Origin: a virus
Lineage: Duplodnaviria > Caudoviricetes
IMG/VR virus record: IMGVR_UViG_3300021121_000005
Coordinates: 1-45,326 of that record
Reading direction: 5' to 3' (one strand)
Length of the DNA: 45,326 nt
A program made the translations under genes and the position numbers. The notes beneath the pieces are model-generated. The model was not told where the DNA came from. It searched no databases and saw nothing but the letters and a program-made list of their open reading frames with translations. Of the stretch, positions 17,891 to 25,831 are shown one piece after another. Every line of letters begins with the position of its first letter. The first letter of the stretch is position 1.

Positions 17891-18138
17891 TTAATCTTAT
17901 CAGGAAAATAAGTATATTGCCAAATGATCCTTCTTCCCTTGGGATTAGGATTGGCAACTTGTTCTCTTGTTGCGTATTTCAGTTTGATTAAATGACATAA
18001 AGCCATGGATATTTCAGTGGCATTTAAATCACAGTTTCTAGCAATATCAGTATAAGTAAATGGATTTCTTTGATTTACAAGGAATTCCCTAACTTTTTTG
18101 ACTGCATTACCTTTGGGTTCAAGTTTAATTTTTGGCAT
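17887..18138 (-). CDS. Small winged-helix-like protein
   Basis: 83 aa; FTYTDIA..EISMALCHL pattern. Confidence 0.5.
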   Translation of the reverse strand: MPKIKLEPKGNAVKKVREFLVNQRNPFTYTDIARNCDLNATEISMALCHLIKLKYATREQVANPNPKGRRIIWQYTYFPDKIK

Positions 18139-18167
18139 AATTTATAATATATCACAATTAAATTTTT

Positions 18168-19664
18168 TTATAAATTCAATTCTTCTATATCTTTAATTCT
18201 TTTGCCTATCCATCGCATTACAGGAACAGCCATTGAATTGCCTAATGCTTTATATCTTGAACCATCAGGACAATTATGCTTTATATTTGTGTAGTTATCA
18301 GGAAATCCTTGTAATCTTTCACATTCAATAGGTGTTAATCTTCTAACTTGCATAGATGATTGATATACTGATGCAATTTGATTAGTAACTTCAGATGCAC
18401 GAGGACTACGACTTGAATCATTAGTTGTTAATGTTGGGGCTAATATTTGTTGGTCTTGCGTTGTAGATAAAGTAAATGCTTTTTCATCTTGTTCTAAATA
18501 ATCTTTTCCACCACCATCACATCCACCTCGCACTTTAAATGCATGAACATTGGCAACATCTTTAACAACTGGCACATGACCACCACCAGTACCCATAGCA
18601 CTTGTTAATGTAGGACTTAAATTTTCTCCAATTGAAGCATTTGGATGTTGTCCACCTAAAATAGCAACTCCATGAACTTCAGTCGCATTTAAAGTATAAG
18701 CACAATGCATTTGACTACCTTTTAATAAAGTTGAAACTGGCAAATTTGGTTCTACTTTTGTACCATTTTGTTTACTTGTAATTTGTGCTAAATCAAAAGA
18801 TATTGGTTGAACAATATATTGAGAATCGGCAGTGGTATCTGCTCCAGTTCTACTTATGCCAGCACCACTAGAAGTTAATGTTGGTGCTAAATGATTGCAA
18901 TATGTAACTAATTTAGTAGCAGTATCATCTGCACTAATACCTTTATAATCTCTAGCCATTAAAGTTCCACAAACATTTGAAACTGCTATCATTTGACCTG
19001 ATATTTCACTTAATCCATCTGTTTCTGAAAATCTTCTTGCAGCAAGAGGGCTTGAGATTTCAATGCCAATTCCAGAGTTAATGGTAGTTTCTTTCCTCTT
19101 TTCTCTGCTCGGCGGAGAATTCCCTCGCAAGCTTTCGGGCTCAAATAATACTTTTCCTGCAGTTCTCCAATTTCCAAAACATCCGACAACGAACACACGC
19201 TTGCGTCTTTGGGGAACTCCGAAGTATTGAGCATCAAGCACTCTGTAGGCGAACCCATACCCGAGTTCAGCCACCGCCCCAAGGAAGGAACCAAAATCCC
19301 TTCCTCCATTGGAACTGAGGACACCCGGCACATTTTCCCAAATGAACCATTTTGGTTTAAATCTATCAAGAATTCCAACATAGGTGAGTGCGAGGTTTCC
19401 TCGTGGATCTTCAAGTCCTTTTCTAAGTCCTGCGACACTAAAGGATTGACAAGGTGTTCCACCGACCAAAAGTCCAACTGTTCCATTTAAACTCCATTCT
19501 TTGTATTTAGTCATATCTCCAAAATTTTTAACATTTGGATAATGATGTTTTAAAACTTCTGAAGGAAATTTTTCAATTTCAGAAAATCCTATAGGATTCC
19601 AATTAAAATCATTCCAAGCAACAGAAGCGGCTTCAATTCCACTACAAACAGATAAATAATTCAC
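18168..19664 (-). CDS. C5 cytosine DNA methyltransferase with a long repetitive variable region
   Basis: SVCSGIEA, GGTPCQSFS, WENVPG, QRRKRVF, RRLTPIECERLQGFP and LGNSM motifs. Confidence 0.92.
   Translation of the reverse strand: MNYLSVCSGIEAASVAWNDFNWNPIGFSEIEKFPSEVLKHHYPNVKNFGDMTKYKEWSLNGTVGLLVGGTPCQSFSVAGLRKGLEDPRGNLALTYVGILDRFKPKWFIWENVPGVLSSNGGRDFGSFLGAVAELGYGFAYRVLDAQYFGVPQRRKRVFVVGCFGNWRTAGKVLFEPESLRGNSPPSREKRKETTINSGIGIEISSPLAARRFSETDGLSEISGQMIAVSNVCGTLMARDYKGISADDTATKLVTYCNHLAPTLTSSGAGISRTGADTTADSQYIVQPISFDLAQITSKQNGTKVEPNLPVSTLLKGSQMHCAYTLNATEVHGVAILGGQHPNASIGENLSPTLTSAMGTGGGHVPVVKDVANVHAFKVRGGCDGGGKDYLEQDEKAFTLSTTQDQQILAPTLTTNDSSRSPRASEVTNQIASVYQSSMQVRRLTPIECERLQGFPDNYTNIKHNCPDGSRYKALGNSMAVPVMRWIGKRIKDIEELNL
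19010..19486 (-). CDS. Nested alternative-frame ORF inside the methylase (beta-polypeptide-like)
   Basis: ATG start with GGAG RBS; 158 open codons; CSLSDVLE..KYYLSPKACEGILRRAEKRGK motif. Confidence 0.6.
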   Translation of the reverse strand: MEQLDFWSVEHLVNPLVSQDLEKDLKIHEETSHSPMLEFLIDLNQNGSFGKMCRVSSVPMEEGILVPSLGRWLNSGMGSPTECLMLNTSEFPKDASVCSLSDVLEIGELQEKYYLSPKACEGILRRAEKRGKKLPLTLELALKSQALLLQEDFQKQMD

Positions 19665-20575
19665 AAATCCCCCAAATAATTAATAATAGGTTGTTGAAAA
19701 CTTTCAGTAAACTGTTGGCTTTTCTTATCAAACCATAATCCAATTTTTCCACTCCAATCACCATGACGCTGTTTTGAAATAATTAATGCGGCATCAGGTT
19801 CTGAGTTATCAGGTAATAGATTTCTTTCAGTTTCTCGTTCTTTTTTTATATTTCTTGAAATAATCATTACATTATCTACAAGATCAGATATTGAGCCTGA
19901 TCCCTTTAAATCAAATTTATTAGCTGTTTCAGTTTCATCATTTCCTTTTCTTACATGGTGAACTAAAAAAATATGTATATTCATTTCTTTTGCAACTTCA
20001 CATAATTGATTCATAAAGTCTTTTTGACCATCATAATCAGTTTCACCTTTGGTGCATTTAGTCAAAGAATCAATGATTACATGAGTTACACCTAACTCAA
20101 TTGAAGCATATCTGCATAAACTAATGACTTGCCAAGTTTCTAGGCTTCCTACATGATTAAATAAATAAAAATGATCTAATTTCCATTTCATAAACTTATT
20201 TATTTGATGTTTATTAGGAATGTTTGAACCAGTTGCCTGTCTAGTCATTCTTGCTAATGTTGATACTGGTGGCATTTCTAATGAAGCCATTAATATTTTT
20301 GAACCTTTATTAACAATGTCTAATGCTATTTGTCCAAGAAGTAAAGATTTACCATGACCATTTACACCAGCTAAAACAGTTATTTCTTTTCGCCTAAATC
20401 CTATTTTTTGGTCAGCATCAGGAAAAGGCAACTTATCTCCTAAAATTCCATTTTGTCTTGTTTTGAAATATTCTAAAACTTCATTTTCAAAATCTGACTT
20501 TTCATTTACACGACTGCGTATTTCTGAATATTCAGCATATTTATTTAAATCAATATCAACTAACATAAAGTTCAT
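19661..20575 (-). CDS. SF4 (DnaB/T7 gp4-like) replicative helicase
   Basis: AGVNGHGKS Walker A, SLEM, IIDSL, LVHH, KGSGSI and KQR motifs. Confidence 0.88.
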   Translation of the reverse strand: MNFMLVDIDLNKYAEYSEIRSRVNEKSDFENEVLEYFKTRQNGILGDKLPFPDADQKIGFRRKEITVLAGVNGHGKSLLLGQIALDIVNKGSKILMASLEMPPVSTLARMTRQATGSNIPNKHQINKFMKWKLDHFYLFNHVGSLETWQVISLCRYASIELGVTHVIIDSLTKCTKGETDYDGQKDFMNQLCEVAKEMNIHIFLVHHVRKGNDETETANKFDLKGSGSISDLVDNVMIISRNIKKERETERNLLPDNSEPDAALIISKQRHGDWSGKIGLWFDKKSQQFTESFQQPIINYLGDL

Positions 20576-20867
20576 CCTGAGAATCCAACGCTAGAAGCGT
20601 TTTTGGGTTTAAGGTAAGGATATGTCTATACCATAAGAAAAAAAACTCGTCTGAAGCCGTTTTAGATTGAATTAGGTGTATTGTTTGGTCTTTAAAGAAC
20701 CCACAATCGTATGGTTTAGGTCTGTTTTGTTCTGTATAGATACTTGGCATTGAAAAATCTTGATCATTTGGATTAAACCAATAAGGCTTATCACCAACAA
20801 TCATAAATATTCCATTAAAATTATTTCCTCGATAAAAATGTAAAAATGCTTCTTTTTCTCCAATCAT
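20556..20867 (-). CDS. Hypothetical protein
   Basis: 103 aa, overlaps both neighbours between initiator and helicase. Confidence 0.55.
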   Translation of the reverse strand: MIGEKEAFLHFYRGNNFNGIFMIVGDKPYWFNPNDQDFSMPSIYTEQNRPKPYDCGFFKDQTIHLIQSKTASDEFFFLWYRHILTLNPKTLLALDSQDELYVS

Positions 20868-21562
20868 ACTGGTCTCCTTAGTGATGCAAAAATATCATCA
20901 TTTGATGTTTTTACAATTAACTCATCTTCCCATCTCCTATCTCTAATCCATCGTTCAGCGTCTTTACGATATTTAGATTCAGGTATTGCAATAGCTTGAG
21001 CTCTTGCTTTTTCAATAATTACCTTTATAAGTTCAGAATCAGGATTTAATTTGTTCCATTCTTTAAAAGCAACACTTTTACCTACAAACTTTGAATATGC
21101 TTTCCAAAACAATTCAAAATCACTCGTATATGTATTACTTCTCTTCTCTTCTCTTCTCTTCTGCTGACTTGAGCCTGTCTTAAGACTGTCTTTAGTCTGA
21201 CTTAAGTCAGTCTTTTTAATTGTTATGTCATTGATTTCATTAGGTGGTATTGGATATTTGCTATTTACAAATCTTAATCTTTGTTTAAATCTTGGTATAA
21301 AAATAAACCTTTCATTATTTACAAAATAAAGTCGTATTAAATCTTGATCAACCAGTTCTGTTAGCAAAATTTCCATACGATTCGATTCCATTCCACGACC
21401 TGAAAAACATCTTGTTCTTAAGGTAAAATTTTTCCCTGAATAACGAGCTGTATCATCAGCAGATAAAATTAAATGAATGTAAAGAAGTTTTGCTTCATCA
21501 GAAACTGACCAATATCGTTCAGAATTGAGAAGTTCATCTCGGATTAATCTGTCAGGCATCAA
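20864..21562 (-). CDS. Putative replication initiator protein
   Basis: N-terminal LLYIHLILSADD, C-terminal FELFWKAY..W..RWEDE; upstream of the helicase; internal iteron-like repeats. Confidence 0.7.
   Translation of the reverse strand: MMPDRLIRDELLNSERYWSVSDEAKLLYIHLILSADDTARYSGKNFTLRTRCFSGRGMESNRMEILLTELVDQDLIRLYFVNNERFIFIPRFKQRLRFVNSKYPIPPNEINDITIKKTDLSQTKDSLKTGSSQQKRREEKRSNTYTSDFELFWKAYSKFVGKSVAFKEWNKLNPDSELIKVIIEKARAQAIAIPESKYRKDAERWIRDRRWEDELIVKTSNDDIFASLRRPV
21138..21218. repeat. Putative replication origin: five 11-bp tandem iterons plus (CTCTT)n
   Basis: CTGACTTGAGC, CTGTCTTAAGA, CTGTCTTTAGT, CTGACTTAAGT, CAGTCTTTTTA at 21164-21218; CTCTT x4 at 21141-21160. Confidence 0.65.
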
Positions 21563-21826
21563 TTAAATTCCATTCAAAAGACAAATTATTTGTATAAATT
21601 TTGATAATTCATTTCTATCAAGCCATGTTTTTTGTTCAACTTGGCGAATCCAAAATATTGCTTTTTTGCCATCCTTAAGATCAATTAATGGAATCTCATA
21701 GCTATAACCACCATGAGTTAATATTAAAACATCATCATCAATATAAAATTGATTAACATTAAATTCATTTAAAATTTTTGTATCAAAATCAATTGCTTTA
21801 ATAATATTGAACATATCATTCTCCAA
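21563..21826 (-). CDS. Hypothetical protein
   Basis: 87 aa; YSYEIPL..W..Q...KTW pattern. Confidence 0.55.
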   Translation of the reverse strand: MENDMFNIIKAIDFDTKILNEFNVNQFYIDDDVLILTHGGYSYEIPLIDLKDGKKAIFWIRQVEQKTWLDRNELSKFIQIICLLNGI

Positions 21827-22016
21827 ACAAGTCAGGTCTAAGCATTTCTTTTGTTAATCTTCCTTCAGATAAAACGCTAATTTTTTTCAAATGTTTAATA
21901 GGTATTTGTTTCCTAGAAAGCCAGTTATAAACTGCTGTATTTCTAACACCTAATAACTTTGAAAGCTCATCTAAAGTACCAAATTCAACTTGCAAATGTT
22001 TTTTAATTTCTTCCAT
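21816..22016 (-). CDS. Cro/YdaS-like HTH regulator
   Basis: LSKLLGVRNTAVYNW..IP..LRPDLF; AGGAGG RBS. Confidence 0.8.
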   Translation of the reverse strand: MEEIKKHLQVEFGTLDELSKLLGVRNTAVYNWLSRKQIPIKHLKKISVLSEGRLTKEMLRPDLFGE

Positions 22017-22107
22017 AAATCCTCCTTAAAAAAACGATAACACAAAATTAAGAAGAAATGCAATAATAATAAATAAAAATATTTTAATAAACAAATAAAT
22101 TTGTGAG

Positions 22108-22389
22108 TTATTTTGAAAGTATTTTTATGAGTTGTATGGCTGAATCAATAGAATCTATCCTAGCTGCAGTGCCACCTTTCCATGCTTCAAGCCATTTTTC
22201 TTGATGGATTGTATACTTGGCTTTGCTACTGGATTTAATCTCAACTAGGGCTGTTTTATTATTAATTCCCACCAAAAGATCAGGACAACCCTTTCCTACT
22301 TTGCTAAGATCAGTCACACTTGCTCCCATCTTTCGCATAGCATTCATAATTTCTTGTTGGTTTTTATCAGTTCTTTTTGCAAATGTCAT
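22108..22389 (-). CDS. VRR-NUC-like PD-(D/E)XK nuclease
   Basis: RTDKNQ, GCPDLLVG, LVEIK and Q..W...W.G motifs. Confidence 0.75.
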   Translation of the reverse strand: MTFAKRTDKNQQEIMNAMRKMGASVTDLSKVGKGCPDLLVGINNKTALVEIKSSSKAKYTIHQEKWLEAWKGGTAARIDSIDSAIQLIKILSK

Positions 22390-22407
22390 AGTATTTATTT
22401 AGAAGTA

Positions 22408-22457
22408 TGATATAATAGTTTTAAGTAGTAATTTTACTACCCTATTTCACGAAAGGA
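22408..22457 (+). promoter_or_regulatory. Early promoter (extended -10) and CACGAAAGGA box
   Basis: TGATATAAT at 22408-22416; GTAGTAA/TTACTAC inverted repeat; box at 22448-22457. Confidence 0.7.
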
Positions 22458-22463
22458 ATAAAA

Positions 22464-22784
22464 ATGAGTTATGACAGTTGGTTGCAAGAGCCATATTACC
22501 CTAAAGAAGATCCGTTGATGGATGAAAAAATTTCAGATCGTGCTAGAGAATATATGACTGAAGGATCATTATATGATCCATTCAATTGGGAAAATTTCAG
22601 TAATGTTATTTTTGATGCTCCACAAAAAGATGTTGATTGCATTTTAGATATTGCAAAAAATAAAGAGTTTCTTGCGTTAGGAAGATACATTTATTTGATG
22701 GTAATGGATGAAATGGAAAAACAAGCTGAAAAGCAAGCATCAGAAGATTTTAATGCTGGTTTAATAGGTAATGACTACGAATAA
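22464..22784 (+). CDS. Hypothetical acidic protein
   Basis: 106 aa, MSYDSWLQEPY, strong RBS. Confidence 0.7.
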   Translation: MSYDSWLQEPYYPKEDPLMDEKISDRAREYMTEGSLYDPFNWENFSNVIFDAPQKDVDCILDIAKNKEFLALGRYIYLMVMDEMEKQAEKQASEDFNAGLIGNDYE

Positions 22785-22801
22785 TCACGAAAGGATTAAA
22801 A

Positions 22802-23347
22802 ATGAACTATAAAGAATTAAGAACAATTAATGTTAATGAACATACTGAAAAAAAAGGTAATTTAACTTATCTTAGTTGGACATGGGCTGTTGATACCTTA
22901 TTACAACAAGATCCTATGGCTGTTTGGGAATTTTTAGAACCTAAAATTTTTAATGAAACCATGATGGTTTTTTGCAAAGTTACAGCTTTTGGGAAAACTA
23001 TGACGATGCACTTACCAGTTATGGACAATCGAAATCAAGCTATTAAAAATCCTGATGCTAGAAAAATTAGTGATGCTATGATGCGTTGCCTTGCTAAATG
23101 TATTGCTACTTATGGAATAGGTTTGTATGTGTATGCCGGTGAAGATTTGCCAGCAGAAGAAGATATATCAGAAGAAGATTTAGCTATTTATGATTCAGAT
23201 ATTCAAAATGCTGAAACTGTAGATCAGCTTGTAAATATTTTTAAATCAGCATCCACTAAATATCCAAGAAATACAGAATTCTTAACTCAAATTCGTACAG
23301 CTTGTGGAATTCGTAAAGCTGAAATAATGAAAGGAACAAAAGAATGA
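22802..23347 (+). CDS. Single-strand annealing protein (Sak3/DUF1071-like)
   Basis: LTYLSWTWA, LPVMDNRN, MRCLAKCIA..GIGLYVYAGEDLP. Confidence 0.85.
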   Translation: MNYKELRTINVNEHTEKKGNLTYLSWTWAVDTLLQQDPMAVWEFLEPKIFNETMMVFCKVTAFGKTMTMHLPVMDNRNQAIKNPDARKISDAMMRCLAKCIATYGIGLYVYAGEDLPAEEDISEEDLAIYDSDIQNAETVDQLVNIFKSASTKYPRNTEFLTQIRTACGIRKAEIMKGTKE

Positions 23348-23541
23348 AAAGAGAAAAAGTAAGAATAACCATTAATACTGAACCCATAAGCTATGAATGT
23401 TATTTAGATGAAGTTTGGGTAAATGAAGAATTTCCTGTAGGTAATGGAATACCAGCAGGTGCAAGATCTTTAGCTTATCCACACCATCAAATGAGAATCA
23501 TAGTATCTCCAATTAAAGAAAATGAGGAAAAAAATGATTGA
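23344..23541 (+). CDS. Small hypothetical protein
   Basis: ATGA overlap with the upstream gene; 65 aa. Confidence 0.5.
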   Translation: MKREKVRITINTEPISYECYLDEVWVNEEFPVGNGIPAGARSLAYPHHQMRIIVSPIKENEEKND

Positions 23542-24160
23542 ACAAGGAACATTAGAATGGCATGAACTTCGTAAAGGTAAAGTTACTGCCAGCAGGGTTG
23601 CTGATGTAATGGCTAAGACCAAAACTGGAGTTTCAGCTAGTCGAGGTAATTATCTAATAGAACTAGCTCTCCAGCGAATGACAGGCATCATAGAAGAAGG
23701 TTTTAAGAATGATGCTATGGCACATGGTTCACACTATGAAGATGAAGCTAGATTGGCTTATGAGGTTTCATGTGAAACATTTGTAGAGCAGATTGCTTTT
23801 GTAGATCATCCTACAATACCTTGGTTTGGTTGCTCTCCTGATGGCTTAGTTGGTGAAGGATTGATTGAAATAAAGTGTCCTTATCAATCAGCAGTTCATT
23901 GGAGCTATCTAAAAGAAGGCAAACCACCAGCTAAGTATATTCCACAAATGATGGCACAAATGTCTTGCACTGGTGCTAAATGGGTTGATTTTATTTCCTA
24001 TGATCCAAGAATGAGTGATAACACTAAATTATTTATAGTTCGCTTAAATCGTGATGAAAATTATATTGAGCAAATGGAAACTGAAATTAAGAAATTTTTA
24101 GAAGAAGTAGAAAATGAAGTACAACTTATGAAGGAATTTAAAAATGGCATCAGTAAATAA
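23522..24160 (+). CDS. YqaJ/lambda-type exonuclease (true start probably at MIEQ)
   Basis: QGTLEWHELR..TASR, CSPDG, EIKCP and Q...QM motifs. Confidence 0.9.
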   Translation: MRKKMIEQGTLEWHELRKGKVTASRVADVMAKTKTGVSASRGNYLIELALQRMTGIIEEGFKNDAMAHGSHYEDEARLAYEVSCETFVEQIAFVDHPTIPWFGCSPDGLVGEGLIEIKCPYQSAVHWSYLKEGKPPAKYIPQMMAQMSCTGAKWVDFISYDPRMSDNTKLFIVRLNRDENYIEQMETEIKKFLEEVENEVQLMKEFKNGISK

Positions 24161-24572
24161 ATGGATTGGTATTGGTAATTTAACGAAAGAACCTGATCAG
24201 AAAGCATTTTCGGATGGTTCTTTTGTAACCAATATCACAATTGCTTGTAATGAAAAATACAAAGATAAATCAGGTGAGCAAAAAGAAGTGGTGGAATATG
24301 TTAATATTTCTTTTTTTGGTAAATTGGCTGAAATTGCTAGTAAGTATTTAGCAAAAGGTAATCCAGTATATGTTGAAGGTAAATTAAAAACTGATAAATA
24401 TACTGATAAAAATGGAATTGAAAAATACTCTACCAAAATAATTGCTAATTCATTACAATTACTGGGAAATAAATCTGAAGCTAAACCAAAAGATACAGAA
24501 GATCCATTTGCAAGTTTAGTTCCTAAATCAGTAGGTGGTTTATCAGAAATGGATGATGACCCACCTTTCTAA
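24144..24572 (+). CDS. ssb: Single-stranded DNA-binding protein
   Basis: SVNK..IGNL, YLAKG..VYVEGKL, acidic DDDPPF tail. Confidence 0.93.
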   Translation: MASVNKWIGIGNLTKEPDQKAFSDGSFVTNITIACNEKYKDKSGEQKEVVEYVNISFFGKLAEIASKYLAKGNPVYVEGKLKTDKYTDKNGIEKYSTKIIANSLQLLGNKSEAKPKDTEDPFASLVPKSVGGLSEMDDDPPF

Positions 24573-24579
24573 CCAGCTA

Positions 24580-24666
24580 TGGGGTGATGTAAGTCCTGAG
24601 CAAGACTATAAACCTACTTTCTGCTTTTTCACACAACCAAGCAGATCCTTTCGTGGCATCACCCCA
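24580..24666 (+). ncRNA. Putative three-stem antisense RNA exposing an anti-RBS seed
   Basis: P1 24580-24590/24656-24666 (11 bp); P2 AGUC/GACU; P3 UCUGCUU/AAGCAGA; unpaired UCCUUUCGUG (24646-24655) is the reverse complement of the repeated CACGAAAGGA box. Confidence 0.65.
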
Positions 24667-24759
24667 CCCCATAAAAACAACAAACTATGATAAATAATTA
24701 TTGCTAATATCATAGTTCTATGTAATACTATGATTGTAGTAATTAATGAAAGGTTAGTT

Positions 24760-24912
24760 ATGTATTATGTCTACGATGAAACTGGTGATTTAATGCGTAA
24801 AGTTCGTTACAGGGCTGAAGCTATAGCATTGGTTTCAATTCGTGAAGGTTGGACATATAAATACATTAAACCAAAGAAAAGCATTAATCATTTTGAAGAA
24901 GCACCATTTTAA
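24760..24912 (+). CDS. Small hypothetical protein
   Basis: Start moved to the ATG at 24760 behind GAAAGG; MYYVYDETG...FEEAPF. Confidence 0.65.
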   Translation: MYYVYDETGDLMRKVRYRAEAIALVSIREGWTYKYIKPKKSINHFEEAPF

Positions 24913-24930
24913 TTTCACGAAAGGAAAAAA

Positions 24931-25029
24931 ATGTTATTAGATCACTTAGATATACCAGTATGGGTTGAATACCTAGTTGCAACTTTATTTGGCATTTTGT
25001 TTGCAGTAATGTTTGCTTTGCCAATATGA
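24931..25029 (+). CDS. 32-aa single-TM membrane peptide (not in ORF track)
   Basis: MLLDHLDIPVWVEYLVATLFGILFAVMFALPI; CACGAAAGGA box at 24916-24925; ATGA coupling to the next gene. Confidence 0.6.
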   Translation: MLLDHLDIPVWVEYLVATLFGILFAVMFALPI

Positions 25030-25463
25030 ATGGTTCTAACACTTATCAAGAAAGACAAAGTTTTGTAAACATTGCTGAACAAATATTTGAAGAATACTGT
25101 ACAGAAAAAAACTATCAATTTCATAGGTTAGGTTTTAATGAAAAAACTAGGAACATCAATTATTTTTATGATTTGAATGTTTTGATTCGAAACCTTCCTG
25201 ATTACATAGTTGATGTTGGTAATCAATTATTTGTTGTTAATGTTAAAGGCACTGCGAATTTCAAAAAAAAGGAAGTTGATATGATTCCTTTATTTTTGGA
25301 ATGGTACGACAGCAAAAAAGCATCATTAATTTATGCATTTTGTTTTGTTGGTAAAAAACCTAAGTTGATTTATCCTGAAAAAATCATAAAGTTATATGAC
25401 GATTCGCATGATCAACGATGGTCTGATGATGTTATTTATAGAAATTTAAATTTAGGAGAATAA
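25026..25463 (+). CDS. Hypothetical protein, possible PD-(D/E)XK fold
   Basis: AEQIFE..LPDYIV..VNVKG (N in place of the usual E). Confidence 0.55.
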   Translation: MNGSNTYQERQSFVNIAEQIFEEYCTEKNYQFHRLGFNEKTRNINYFYDLNVLIRNLPDYIVDVGNQLFVVNVKGTANFKKKEVDMIPLFLEWYDSKKASLIYAFCFVGKKPKLIYPEKIIKLYDDSHDQRWSDDVIYRNLNLGE

Positions 25464-25670
25464 ATGAAAGCATTTCCAAAATCAAATCATCAGTTTTTTG
25501 ATGCACAAGAAGGCATGGATTTAAGAGATTACTTTGCTACTCATGCTATGTTAGGAATTTTAACTATGCTTGAAGGAGGTAATGAAGGTCTTATAACTGT
25601 TCAAAAATCAACCAGTAAACATGCTTACGAATTAGCAGACGCAATGATGAAAGCAAGGGAGCAAAAATGA
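25464..25670 (+). CDS. Small phage protein (GMDLRDYFA motif)
   Basis: AFP..GMDLRDYFA..AY..ADAM..AR motif. Confidence 0.75.
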   Translation: MKAFPKSNHQFFDAQEGMDLRDYFATHAMLGILTMLEGGNEGLITVQKSTSKHAYELADAMMKAREQK

Positions 25671-25831
25671 ACATTCCATACGATACTGGAAAAGTAAAAA
25701 TAGGTATTAATTATCAGCCTAAACCTTATATTGAGCATGACAAAGATATGCTATTTATTCAAAGATGTTTGCTAGATAAAAATGATAGAAATAAATTTCT
25801 TCAACTTTTATATAGGATCGTATATGGATAA
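25667..25831 (+). CDS. Small hypothetical protein (not in ORF track)
   Basis: MNIPYDTGKVKIGINYQPK...; ATGA coupling to the upstream gene. Confidence 0.6.
   Translation: MNIPYDTGKVKIGINYQPKPYIEHDKDMLFIQRCLLDKNDRNKFLQLLYRIVYG

Noticed and set aside
24592-24607. CTGAGCA loop as a hammerhead ribozyme core
   Set aside because: It is not CUGANGA and there is no correctly placed GAAA.
24580-24666. tRNA or simple terminator interpretation of the ssb-downstream structure
   Set aside because: No T-loop/D-loop consensus or 7-nt anticodon arm, and no T-run after the stem on the plus strand. A minus-strand terminator role is not excluded but would not explain the seed.
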